Made by a program: the position numbers and the translations under genes. Positions 1 to 11,780 of a DNA stretch of 64,000 nt are shown here, one piece after another (within the stretch, counting starts at the first letter, position 1; the number at the start of each line of letters is the position of its first letter). Source of the DNA: Mytilus trossulus (Eukaryota); NCBI RefSeq assembly GCF_036588685.1, contig NC_086377.1:63860001-63924000 (forward strand), read 5' to 3'. Under the pieces are notes generated by a model. The model was not told the origin of the DNA, searched no databases, and worked only from the letters and a program-made list of their open reading frames with translations.

Positions 1-3000
1 TATTCTTTTGTCCATCCTTTGTAACAGGTATCTCTTCCTGAAATATTAAACACAAAGAGGTTTATTTGTCTTTTGTTCAAATTAGCACATATGTTATTGT
101 CCCTTGCTTAATATGGGGTGCGATGCACAGCCGTTTATCCGAACGTCCGTTCTTCCACAAACAACTATTGCCAGTTTTTATGGAATTTATATCCATTATT
201 CGACCGTTTATATAAATAATGTTTTAGATAAATTCAAAACTAGGGGTTGTCAAGTAGTTTTACCTCTCGGAATTGAGATAGAATTGCATTGCAGTTCAAG
301 CGCTTCAACATTAAAAGATAACTTCTCAGACAAAAGTTTGAAGTTGAAAAGGTCAAATTTTAAGTGATACCTAATAGCGAATATATATATTTGTCTTATA
401 AAATACAGCTGTCAAACAAGGATCGTAATGTTTATACATGTATGTGGATAAATTTATTGGTCCAAGAGCTTAATAAACAACGCTACACCTCTACACTGTC
501 TTTCAAATGTACTATTGAAAAAAAAAATTACGTAATTGGAAGATCATTTTTGACAAATAAGAATTATGACTGCAAAGTGTTTTAAAGTTGAAATTATTTA
601 CCATAAAACAATCCGTTATGATTCGTACAAAAGCTTTTCAAGGACCCATTAAGTTCTATCCTGTAAGTATAGGAATACATTTGCTTTTTGACCATTCCTT
701 TATAACTGAAATGAAAATCCTGTATTTCAGACTATTAAATGTTTTTTTTTTTTTTTGGAATTCGAGCGTCACTAATGAGTCTTTTTGTAGACGAAACGTG
801 CGTCTGGCGTATATACAAAATTTAGTCCTGGTATCTATAGTGAGTTTATTTACAACCACTGGGCCGATTCCACTGCTGGTGGAGATTTATTTCCCCGAGG
901 GTATCACCAGCCCAGTAGTCAGCACTTTTTGTGCCGACATGAATTATAATTGATATGGTAATATTTATAAAATAAACTGTTTACAAATTTTAGAATTTTT
1001 TAAATACTAAGGCTTTTCTACCTAGGGCAAAGATTACCTTAGCTGGATTTGGCAAATCGTTTAGGAATTTTGGTCCTCAATGCTCTTCAACTTTGTACTT
1101 TATTTGACCTTGTTTACTTTTTTTGGATTTGAGCGTCACTGGTTAGTCTGTTTGTTGACGAAACGCGCGTCTGGCGTATATTCAAAATTTAGTCCAGGTA
1201 TCTATGATGAGTTTATTTACCTGGTATCATTATTGATGCCATTTTGCCTTTTGCTAAACATACTGCACATGCAGCGTCTCGATTTTCTATCCCAGATCTA
1301 ATTCCTTGCGGCTGGTTATAGGCACCAATTTGGTATTCTGCTCCATATATCAAATCGTAATCACATTGAGGTTTCAGCGGCTGTGCAACATCCGGGTCGT
1401 TAGGTAAGCATACATAGTTCACGCTTGCCCCTGTATGTGCGTAGTGACCTCCACCTATTTGACCTGTTGACAAAGTAATTATTATTATGTAAGGGTGGAT
1501 TGGTTTATATATTTCGATATTTAATTTGTCTCTATTTTATATATATTTGTTAGCACCTTACTATTCTCTATTCTTAATATTTATGCAGGTCGTTATTCTC
1601 TTTCTTATTTTTGTCGCCTATCTTTCTTTACTTTTTCTCTATTTTGCATATTTTTCTGCACTTTTTGCTCGTTATTCTCTATTCTGAAAATGCATTCAGA
1701 CCATCTTAATAAATAGTTTGTTCTTTTGATTCGACTAAATATTACAAACATAGATTTTATAATTTATCATTATGAATATGAGGTGCGAGTTATAGATCAA
1801 TGAAACAGAAACTCAATGTATTTATTGATTCATGGTTGCCTAACGTTCAAATATTTCGTGCATGTTCAGAACGAGATTATCTTAACAATGAATACAATAT
1901 GTAGGTCTTGTAATAATAGATGCTATCCGGTAAAATGATCGGGGGTAATTTGGACTACTACTGATTGATTGATTGATTGTTGGTTGCATAACGTCCAGTG
2001 GCAAATATTTCATGCATATTCAGGACGTGAACAAGTTCACAATAAATACAATAGGTAGGTTGATACAATAGAGGCTATATAGGATGATGATCGGAGAAAT
2101 TTGGACTGCCACTGGAAAATGAGGGTATATTGGATAGGGACAGAAATTTTGCCTTGCAACAGGCCACCTACGGACCCCTCAAAGAGTTGTTGCAAGGGTT
2201 CTTAACGTGCAAAGAGCGTGGCATTCTCTTTACAAGAGGCATCGGATTTAACGTCCCCCTTCTGACCGGACGTGACTGCGAACTTGATACATCCCGCACA
2301 GCCAAGCGGACGCCTCACTTCGGCAAGCGTTTTACCACCGGTCGGGAGAAGACCAAGTGACCATATTTCTATACCCCAGTCATCCTTGGGGGTGGACTGC
2401 TACTGAAAACTGAGGGTATATTGAATAGGGACAGAAATTTTGCATTGCAACAGGCCACCTACGGACGCATTAAAGAATTGTTGCAAGGGTTCTCAATGTA
2501 CAAAGAGCTAGGCACTCTCTTTACACGAGGCATTGGATTTAACGTTCCCATTCTGTCAGGACCTGCCTGCAACCATGGTACATCCCGCACAGCCAAACGG
2601 ACGCACCACTGTCGGAGGCGTTTTCCTGCCAATTGGAAGAAGACCAAGTGACCATATTTCTATTCCCCAGTCACCCTTGGGGGTGTAAATATCAATGTAA
2701 AGATTTACCCTATATCGATTGATTTAACCAACTATCGATGGATTCAACCTATATCGATTGCTTTAACACTATATGTATCAATTTAACCAATATCGATTGA
2801 TTTAACCAAATATCGATTGATTTGTATTGATAAACGTATTATTTAAATAGGATTGACATTTTCTAGGATAACAATTATTATACAGATTTACCTGAATATA
2901 TTGTTTCTGCGTTGGGTCCATCGCATAGCTTCTTACCCCATCTAATGTATGTCACTCCTGTAAATATATAGTACGTGCAACAAAGGTATTCGTTCAAAAA

Positions 3001-4032
3001 TATTGAAAGAATGACTGTCATATTTTTTCTGTCTATGAAGACATACCATCAAAATTGTTATTGCGGGTTATTCGAAAGTGTGCACCACATAATGTTATCT
3101 CGAATAGACAAAAAAAAACATATTACAGTCATTCATTATAATTAAATTCTAAATTCCATTTTAAACCCGGGTAAATCATGAAAAAACGTTGATGACGTCA
3201 CAATGACATGACAAAATTATGTTTATAACCTGATAAACATAGAACAGCAAACAATCAGAAGATGCGTTCCATTCAAAATTAAATAATTTCTTTTTAAAAT
3301 CAGTAGTTTTTTGGTAATAACATGTTTCATTCTTTACAAGCAGTACAATATTTCAATGAAAAACTAAAATCTAATGACAAATAGGGACGGGACTTCTGTG
3401 GTTTAAGCAACTTGTTCAACCTATAAAAAATCACATTATATGTTTGAAATCAAATCATAATAACACATTGTATTTACCTGATTTGAGCTAAAGTAATTCT
3501 AGTTTCCATTACCTGTCACATCATGCCTCGTCGAAATGTCCACCATTTTTCTTTCATTTTTGTATACGTATATAGCCGTTAGTACTATGCCCAAAGCATA
3601 TGTATTAATTAATACTGGTGTGTAGTCCATATCTATATGTGTATGTTTCCTTAAAATTCCTAGCTTTTATCATTTATAATTCAAACAAAGTTGTTAACGT
3701 AACATAAAGTGTGACGGACAAATTTGGCTTACAACATCGGACCAATGATATATAGAAATATTTTTATAAAAATACTGTAATGTACAATGCATCTCAATCG
3801 GCAATCCTCGGGTGATTCCGCTATTGTACGGAATCGGCCGAGTTATGACGCATGCATTCATATTTGCCTTATCTGTATTCATGTCGTTAACATTTATTTG
3901 AGTTTTTCATGTTTAATTACCTGTTCCATCATGCGTGGTCGAGATGTCCGCTATTCTTCGTTCATTTTTATATACGTATACACCAACAAGTAAAACGAAC
4001 ATAGCATTAATAAATACTGGTGTGTACTCCAT
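1..4032 (-). CDS. Multi-exon short-chain collagen C4-like gene (bivalve-expanded family); exons 3921-4032 and/or 3513-3630, 2892-2957, 1221-1463, and 37 to beyond the window start
   Basis: GT-AG phase-1 exons splice in frame: MDYTPVLINTYALGIVLTAIYVYKNERK.. / GVTYIRWGKKLCDGPNAETIYSG / QIGGGHYAHTGASVNYVCLPNDPD..YGAEYQ..DAACAVC..MIPG / RDTCYKGWTKEY. These motifs are characteristic of this family. Confidence 0.85.
746..1219 (+). mobile_element. Non-LTR retrozyme-like repeat: ~367-nt monomer bounded by two degenerate type I hammerhead motifs
   Basis: GAGCGTCACT..GACGAAACG(T/C)GCGTCTGGCGTA occurs at 764 and 1131. The cores are mutated (CTAATGA, CTGGTTA) relative to the intact copy at 25550. Confidence 0.75.
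1822..2686 (-). mobile_element. Nested SINEs (MetaSINE-like, (CAAT)n tail): young copy 1965-2392 inserted in an older copy
   Basis: TSD TGGACT(A/G)CTACTGA at 1951-1964 and 2393-2406. Shared body with GACGTTAAA..TGCACGTTAAGAACCC core; same family at 12215 and 41783. Confidence 0.8.
2711..2830. repeat. Short ~20-bp tandem repeat (ATATCGATTGATTTAACC-like, ~6 copies)
   Basis: Direct inspection of repeated ATCGATTG/TTTAAC units. Confidence 0.7.
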
Positions 4033-4519
4033 GTCTAAAGTATATAAATTTGTTCATGAATAATCCAGGTATTTGATTACGTGATATCAAACTAAGAATA
4101 AGGTAGCAAAATGAAAAGTTCATGCGACATTAATATGTAGTCGGGTATGACGGTAAACATATTCTATATTTAAATAGTATAGCGTATGTAGACGACATTG
4201 TTTAATGATATTGTGTATCCCGCTAACTTATCTTAATGAAAAAAATCGACTCATGAAAACAAACTTGTGATATGCACTGTATACAAATCGTATTCTGGAA
4301 TTAAGCAGTTTTGAGTTGTAATAACATTTTCTATTATCAGACATCTTTTCATAAACTGTCGATTTGCAGGGATTCACTTTTATGGATTTATTGGGTAAAA
4401 TAAACCACAAATCGTCTAAGCAGTCCTAAATCTAGAAAGTAAATAACATTGACTGAATGATTAAACTATTTACGTTTTCAGTGTTTTAACAGCTGTTCAG
4501 ATCAAAATGGCCTTTACAG

Positions 4520-4715
4520 TTTACTTATGTTCCTACCATGACTTCCTTGATAGAGGGTTGCTGCTTAGAAAGAAGCTATTAAACCAAGAGTTCCAAATGG
4601 TTTATTTGAAATCATCACTTCGTAAATTTTACGGACACCATTACGAATTGGTTGACCGTTATGGAATATTCGTTTCACAGATGATAGCAGATATATTTCT
4701 TATGTCGTAACTTCA
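4520..4715 (+). mobile_element. Penelope-like element RT C-terminal fragment
   Basis: CSYHDFLDRGLLLRKKLLNQEFQMVYLKSSLRKFYGHHYELVDRYG resembles the PLE RT thumb region. Confidence 0.65.
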
Positions 4716-5244
4716 ATCCTCTCGTCAAAAAAGAGGGGTGAGGATTGGTAACAGAAATTAAAATATTTGTCTCTGAAATTGCAATCCCTTCAATTATATT
4801 TGAATTTTGTTGACTTATCTGTCTTTACAAAGTAAAAAAAGTGAATTCTACTCATCCTTGGCTAATTTTCATCAGACAAAAATGTTGTTTTTCATTTAGT
4901 TAATAAGTGATTTTTGTCCATTTAAATAACAGATCATACTTTCCTAAGGAAACGTAAAATTTATCATTATGAATAGTTTGTCATGCATTTGCTTGCGATT
5001 AGATTGAAAGGATATCCGTGTACTTTAAAATATCTATACAAGCAAACAGGATTTAAGTCAATAATGCTACAGTGAATTATCATTTGATAACATAAAACGA
5101 CTTTCTATGTTAAGAAGAGTCAGAACGTGTCATCGTGTTAGAAATTATTTGGCGTTCTTTCGTTCATAAACATCCGTGAAGTTTAAATGATACATTATAA
5201 ACGAAACCGGTTCTGTCTTAATTTTGCATTATTAAAAAAACAAT

Positions 5245-5580
5245 ATGTGCTATAAATGCCCATGAGACAACTCTCCACCCGGTACCATATGAAATTGAAG
5301 TTAACACATATAGGTCACCGTACGGCCTTCAACAATGAGTAAACCCCATACCGCATAGTCAGCTGTAAAAGGGCTCAAACTGACAAATATAAAACAATTA
5401 AAAAGGAAATCTAGTGGCCGGATTTATGTTAAAATAAAATGAAATACAAATATGATATACATCAACAAATGACATCCACTGAATTACAGGCTCATGACAT
5501 GCACATACAGAATATGGCGGGGTTAAACATGTAAGCGAGCGCCCCTCTCCCATACCTCGGACGACAATGGCGTAACTGAA
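5245..5580. repeat. Interspersed repeat (GCCAATGAGACAACT.. family; ends also at ~33648-33682 and ~47125-47192)
   Basis: The TGTG..ATGCC(A/C)ATGAGACAACT motif is shared among three loci. Confidence 0.55.
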
Positions 5581-6085
5581 GGACACATTTACAAACTATA
5601 CGAATAAGTCGAAAGGTTTAAGAAAAAAAAACCCAAAGATTTCAAATTTTATATATGTATGATTCAGCTTAATTTACATTAATTTAAAAGAAGGCGGGAA
5701 TTATACAAAGGCGACAACAACAATTAACACGAATTGCCATGGTCAAAATTTTAACGACAAAAAGACAAACCGAGAAGAAAGGTTACGCAAATTTACCAAA
5801 CCAAAAGCTACCCATGTGGTCATAACGTGGTCTTCCGACCCTTTTTGAAACCTTAAGTGGAACATCTGTTTTGTTATGCAGGGTGTTTGAAATCACAACA
5901 GCCCTGTCAAAATAGAGACGTTGCATCCGATACCCAGAGAGTGCCACGATCTTTGCACGTTACGAACCCTTCTAACAATTATTCGAGTGTTCGAAGGTAT
6001 CCTGTTGCTAGACAGTCTAAAACGCATGGCTACACTGTCTTAGATACTCTAGTTTTATGGCCTCCGTCTTACACCATATAAACAA

Positions 6086-6290
6086 ATAGTTATCAAAGGT
6101 ACCAGGATTATAATTTAATATGCCAGACGCGCATTTCATCTGCATAAGACTCATCAGTGACGCTTAGATCAAAGTAATTATAAAGCCAAACAAATACAAA
6201 GTTGAAGAGCATTGATGATCCAAAATCACAAAAAGTTGTGCCAAATAGGGCTATGGTAAACTTTTCCTGGGATAAGAAAATCCTTAGTTT
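6086..6290 (-). mobile_element. Retrozyme-like repeat with hammerhead motif (6121-6165), truncated by a HINE insertion
   Basis: Reverse complement reads AGCGTCA-CTGATGA-GTCT TATGC AGAT-GAAA-TGCGCG-TC-TGGCA. Confidence 0.75.
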
Positions 6291-7405
6291 TTTAGCTCAC
6301 CTGGCCAAAAGGGCCAAGTGAGCTTTTCCCATTACTTGGCGTCCGGCGTCCGTCGTCGTCGTCCGTCGTCGTTAACTTTTACAAAAATGTTCTCTGAAAC
6401 TACTTGGCCAAATTTAACCAAACTTGGCCACAATCGTCATTGGGGTATCTAGTTTAAAAATTGTGTCCGGTGACCCGGCCAACTAACCAAAATGGCCGCC
6501 ATGGCTAAAAATAGAACATAGGGGTAAAATGCAGTTTTTGGCTTATAACTCAAAAACCAAAGCATTTAGAGCAATTATGACATGGGTAAAATTATAAATC
6601 AGGTCAAGATCTATCTGCCCTGAAATTTTCAGATGAATCGGACAACCCGTTGTTGGGTTGCTGGCCCTGAATTGGTAAGTTTAAGGAAATTTTGCTGTTT
6701 TTGGTTATTATCTTGAATATTATTATAGATAGAGATAAACTGTAAACAGCAATAATGTTCAGCAAAGTAAGATTTACAAATAAGTCAACATAATCGAAAT
6801 GGTCAGTTGACCCCTTTGGGAGTTATTGCTCTTTATAGTCAAATTTTAACCATTTTTCGTAAACCTTAGTTATCTTTTACAAAAATCTTCTCCTCTGAAA
6901 CTATTAGGCCAAATTATTCCAAACTTGGCCACAATCATCTTTGGGGTATCTTGTTAAAAAAATGTGTCCGGTGACCTGGCCATCCAATCAAGTTGGCCTC
7001 TTCGGCTTAAAATAGAACATAGGGGTAAAATGCAGTATTGGCTTATAACTCAAAAACCTAAGCATTTAGAGAAAATCTGACATGAAGTTAAACTGTTTAT
7101 CAGGTCAAGATCTATCTGCCCTAAAATTTTCAGATAAATCGGACAACCCGATATTTGGTTGCTGCAACTGAATTGGTAATTTTAAGAAAATTTTGCTGTT
7201 TTTGGTTATTATCTTGAATATTATTATAGATAGAGATAAACTGTAAATAGCAATAATGTTCAGCAAAGAAAGATTTACAAATAAGTCAACATGACCAAAT
7301 GGTCAATTGACCCCCTAAGGAGTTATTGTCCTTAACAGTAAATTTTTAACAATTTTCCACTGAAACTATTGGGCAAAGTTCATTATAGATAGAGACAATT
7401 GTAAC
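6288..7405 (+). mobile_element. HINE/MITE-like non-autonomous element with ~500-bp internal tandem units
   Basis: TTTTAGCTCACCTGGCC..GGCCAAGTGAGC subterminal palindrome, (CGT/GTCC) microsatellite, and units starting ~6392 and ~6892 with a partial unit ~7360. Confidence 0.75.
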
Positions 7406-7872
7406 CTTCAGGAAACTCGGATCGCTTTAATTTGATCGCTTAATTCGATCTGTCCAGCATGGTTGACCCTGTCAGGAGACAATGCTTCACCTAGCATAGC
7501 TCTAATGGTAACTTAGACATGCAACCGCTTTGACCAAGGCAATCCACCTAGGGGGAGAGGTGCTGTTGATAAATTGTCAAACAAATTTGAATATTTCAGG
7601 ATATAGTTTCCACTTGAATTTGTTTAATACATATTGCGTATGCTATAACTTAAATACAGTATGAGGACGTACAGGTAAGATCTACATTGTATCAATGTTC
7701 AATCTTGTGTAACAATGTTTAAGAACACAGTGCAACTCGATATAACACGTAAATGAATATTAGTCTGAAAATTGTTCACGATAACGATGAGTTTTTGAAG
7801 AAGCCAATAAGGTTTGGTATCCTTATTTGCGGGCCGGAATAAAAACCAAGTGACTACATTTTTATATCCCAG

Positions 7873-9820
7873 TCACTCTTGTACGTCACCGGCCTTGAAA
7901 AAGGAAAACACATTTAATTGGGAAGCCTTATCATAACACTGATAAGCTGTGTCTTTATCGCCTGTTGTCTCATAGCAAAGTCCAAGAATGTTCAATGAAT
8001 AAGATAATGAACGATCTGGAATAAAATACTTATATTTCACAGCTAAATTTAAATCACGTAATGCCTGCCCTCTGTTGGATGTATCTCCGAGATGATGATA
8101 ACACAGAAATCTTATACAATGAGACATAACAACAGGCGATATTCGGACTTTGTCGTCGTCTTTGAACATCAACTGTAATTCTTTTGGGATTAATGATGAA
8201 TTCTGTAAGTACTCGACCATGTTTATTGTGGCATTTTTCATCTTTTCACACAATGTCATTGTAGAATGTACATTTCGTCTGTATTTATCCATTTCATCGG
8301 GATAGTTCAAATAGGCTGCATACACGATATCAGTTGTGCATCTTGATAAAACATAATCTGCTAGGCTGAGTGTTACGTTGTAATTTCCTGTTACATAGTA
8401 AAACGACGCGTATAACAACCAACCCGACACAGCATCTGTCTTTATACCGTCTTGTAAATATCTATGAAAATGTTTGTGAATGAGATAATCTTTGTTTATT
8501 GTGTTTGGTGGTGGTAGTAGCTGCGCTATATATTGACTGATTTTGGCATTATAAAAATTATACACATCAATAGCAATTGCAGACGATTCATCGATTAGTA
8601 AAGATTCAATGCATGCCAGTATTTTATAACAACTTGAAATGTTTTTGGGAGACCTCAACCCTCCACGAATCCTGTAAAATAAGAAGTCTAACTTAATGAA
8701 CGGAGCTTCATTCTTTGTATTTAATAAACGATGATCACCAGGCGAAACTATGTTTTTGATCAATCCATCAATTCCTCCACTCTTAATTTTATATAGCGCA
8801 TTGAGCAGACTTTTATTATTATTCTGATCGATCTTTCCTAGGAACATGTTGTGTTCAGGTATAAAGAAGTTCGGACAGTAACATTTGTGTATCCATCATA
8901 TTAGTTTATCAAGGCAGAGAGAAAAGCAAACAAATATTTTAGGTAATTGAAATGTTTCAATATCCACTTCCTCCGAAACCCAGAATAAAGCCGTCTTCAT
9001 AAAGTAAGAACACAATAAATCTTTGATATCCTCGTTTGTGTTGATCCAGCACTTTAATGTAAATTTTAGAAGACCGTAGCATAATAGTTGAGAGAAATTA
9101 AACGAATGTACAAGTTGTTTTTCTGCTACGGAGAAAGATAATCTCCATAATAAATTACAATCTGATAAGATCTTAGGTCCTATAGGTACTAACAAACATC
9201 CATATGTTTGAATTTTGTCAATTACGGCATTAGGGGGCCACTGCTGTCGATAACGACATGCCCATCGAAGTGCGGTGCCAGGTAAATATTTACTTCGTAG
9301 GCAGAATGCAAAATCAAAAGTCTCACTTTTGGTTGATAGACAAGGGCCATGTAAACAAAAATTGAAATGATAACTGCGTCGCTTTATAGCTTTAACAAAG
9401 GCATTCGCTGATAAATATATACCTGTGCTAGTACTTTTAAATTGTTCAAATAAAATATAACCCGTGTCGTCTTCACCACCTGCTACCAATCTGAGTTAAG
9501 AAAATCCAGGATGCTCCATATCTGTTTCCATAACCAGTATAGTGCGATCTACTATGTGTTTAATATTTCTTATATTATTTACAACGTCAATATGATTCAT
9601 TATGTACATTATATCTATGTCACTGCCTGGTAAATCTAGTCCTTCTGCCAAACATCCACTTGTTATTCGTGTACGACAAGTTTTGCTTGAATTATAGATC
9701 ATATCCTCTATGAGACATACTCGTTGTCTACTTCGTATATCTATTCAGTGCCAACTGTTTTAACTAAGTGTTTGTACAAGTATTTCTCCTTTGGGTCTTT
9801 TCCGGGCCAAAGCAAGTGAT
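7873..9820 (-). pseudogene. Mab-21/cGAS-like receptor (cGLR) with C-terminal TPR-like region, disabled
   Basis: NTase motif SGCLAEGLDLPGSDIDIM, then HGPC, D-FAFCL, WRLSFSVAEKQL, LCSYFMKTALFW, CPNFFIPEHNMF. In-frame stops at 9496 and 8896 and an apparent frameshift near 9745. Splice acceptor at 9821-9822. Confidence 0.85.
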
Positions 9821-11780
9821 CTATAAAAGAAATTCATAAAACCTATCATGACGTTTGCACATAGATAGTTCTATCCCCGATATTTATTCCAGCCGATCTC
9901 ATATTTTAAGCCAGGTATCGTTATTGACATTTTACATACAATGGAACCTTACTTATAATGTTGGTTAGCTATATATAGTATGTCATGGAAATTACAAAAT
10001 CAATCGTCCGGTCACTTTTAGTAAATTCACTTGTATTAAAATTGAAAAAGTTGATACTACTTATATAAATCGTTGACCTATTCAAATCATTTAGGTTTTT
10101 TTAGCCGCATGGATATATTGCTCTCACTGGTCGCATTTGGGGTTTAAACTTTTCTTAGGAGGGAGAATGCGATTACGGCGCAACTAGTTTGTTGTTATTT
10201 TATGACTTTATATGTAGATTTAACTTCTATCTTAAAGTTAATACTAAAATTATATTGTATTCAATGTTACTGTTGCAAATCGATGTATATATTTTCATAT
10301 ACGACAAAATTTAAAAAATCGTAGAAAGTACTCAATCATTAGTTAACTGGAAGTAACAAGAAATATCCAGGTGTAATACGGATTTTACTTTACAGACAGT
10401 ACTTACCTTGTCAATTTAGTACACCTAATTTTAATGTGCGTTATGAATTACGGAACGCGAACAATTATCAAATTGTTCATGTCATGAGAAGTCGAACAAA
10501 ATAGCTGAACACAAACTATTACATCCGGAGCACCTGGGATCCGTAATTCACAGTCATTAGTTACCTGTGTAGTATTTTGTGATCTTCTTTGTATTACTAT
10601 CGCTTCTATGTTAAGCCATGGTATCGTCTGTTTGTCTTTGGAATATGGTGTTCGATTTCAATATCGATATATATGTCAGAAAGCATGGGGTTACATCAAA
10701 CTTCACTATGACAAAACAAAACAAGCATCATGTTGTTTTTCGCCGACAAAAAAAAACAACGTGGCAGGGTAAATATTTAAAATGATGTCTCCGGGAATCT
10801 GTACTATTACAGGCATTACAGAACATAATAGTAATTGCAATTATAGGTAGAAATTAATATAAAATTAATGTAAAATAGTAAAAAATGGTAATTACGGTGA
10901 CAAAATAGTCCCTTCACAACCGGCTGTGTTTACGAAAGAAATTTAATCTCTAACGAAAATGCAACTTTTAGTATAACGTTAATAAACATAGCAAAATTTT
11001 CCGTTTGATATACTTATCTTCGCAAAAGTGAGAATTTTTATGTTTTTTTCCATAAAAGTATCTTAATTAAATAAACAGTAATGTAGATTTTGATTAGAGA
11101 TTGGGAACAAAAAAGTACGCAAAAAAAGGTATGGCAGAGGTCATATTGAGTGTAGTGTTACAAAGTATTGAACGGAACGGATATGTGAGCTCTGCGCCGG
11201 AGATTGTTTCCATGAGTGATACCAGGTTTTAAAAATGTGCGCCTATACCTTAACTATTTAATACAGTCATGAACTACTTTTTAAACATGTTTTGCATTTG
11301 TGTAACACTTAGATTTTAATACTCCAGGAAATGAGTGACAGTGTATTAACATCCACACCAGTTGCATAAAAAAAGATGAAACAGGTTTCCAATGTTTGTG
11401 ATATGGAGGCAAGTGTTTTTATTACACAATGAATTTCAGGTTGCTTATTATCTGTTTTTTTTCATGAATTAAATTTCCTCTGTTAGTGATTTATAAATTG
11501 CATACGGTCTTTAATTCACAATATTTTTTTTCTTCTAACAAATATACAACATAATTCAAATGTTTATAAATGTAGTTTCTTCTGCGTTATCTCCTAAAAG
11601 TATAAGTAGATGCATGCATGGATAATGAATATTGATGAATAGTTCTTCAAATGAAAAGTAAAATGTACTAAATTTTTTGTGTTTTTACAATAGGACAAAA
11701 AAGAAAAGGCGGAACAAAAGAAAAAAAAAGAGAGTGATAAAGAAAGACCGAAAAAATGAAAAAGTTCTATCCTAATATTA

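Noticed and set aside
2130-2651. Repeated 76-aa ORFs (also 41942-42172) as a gene family
   Set aside because: They are incidental frames in SINE copies.
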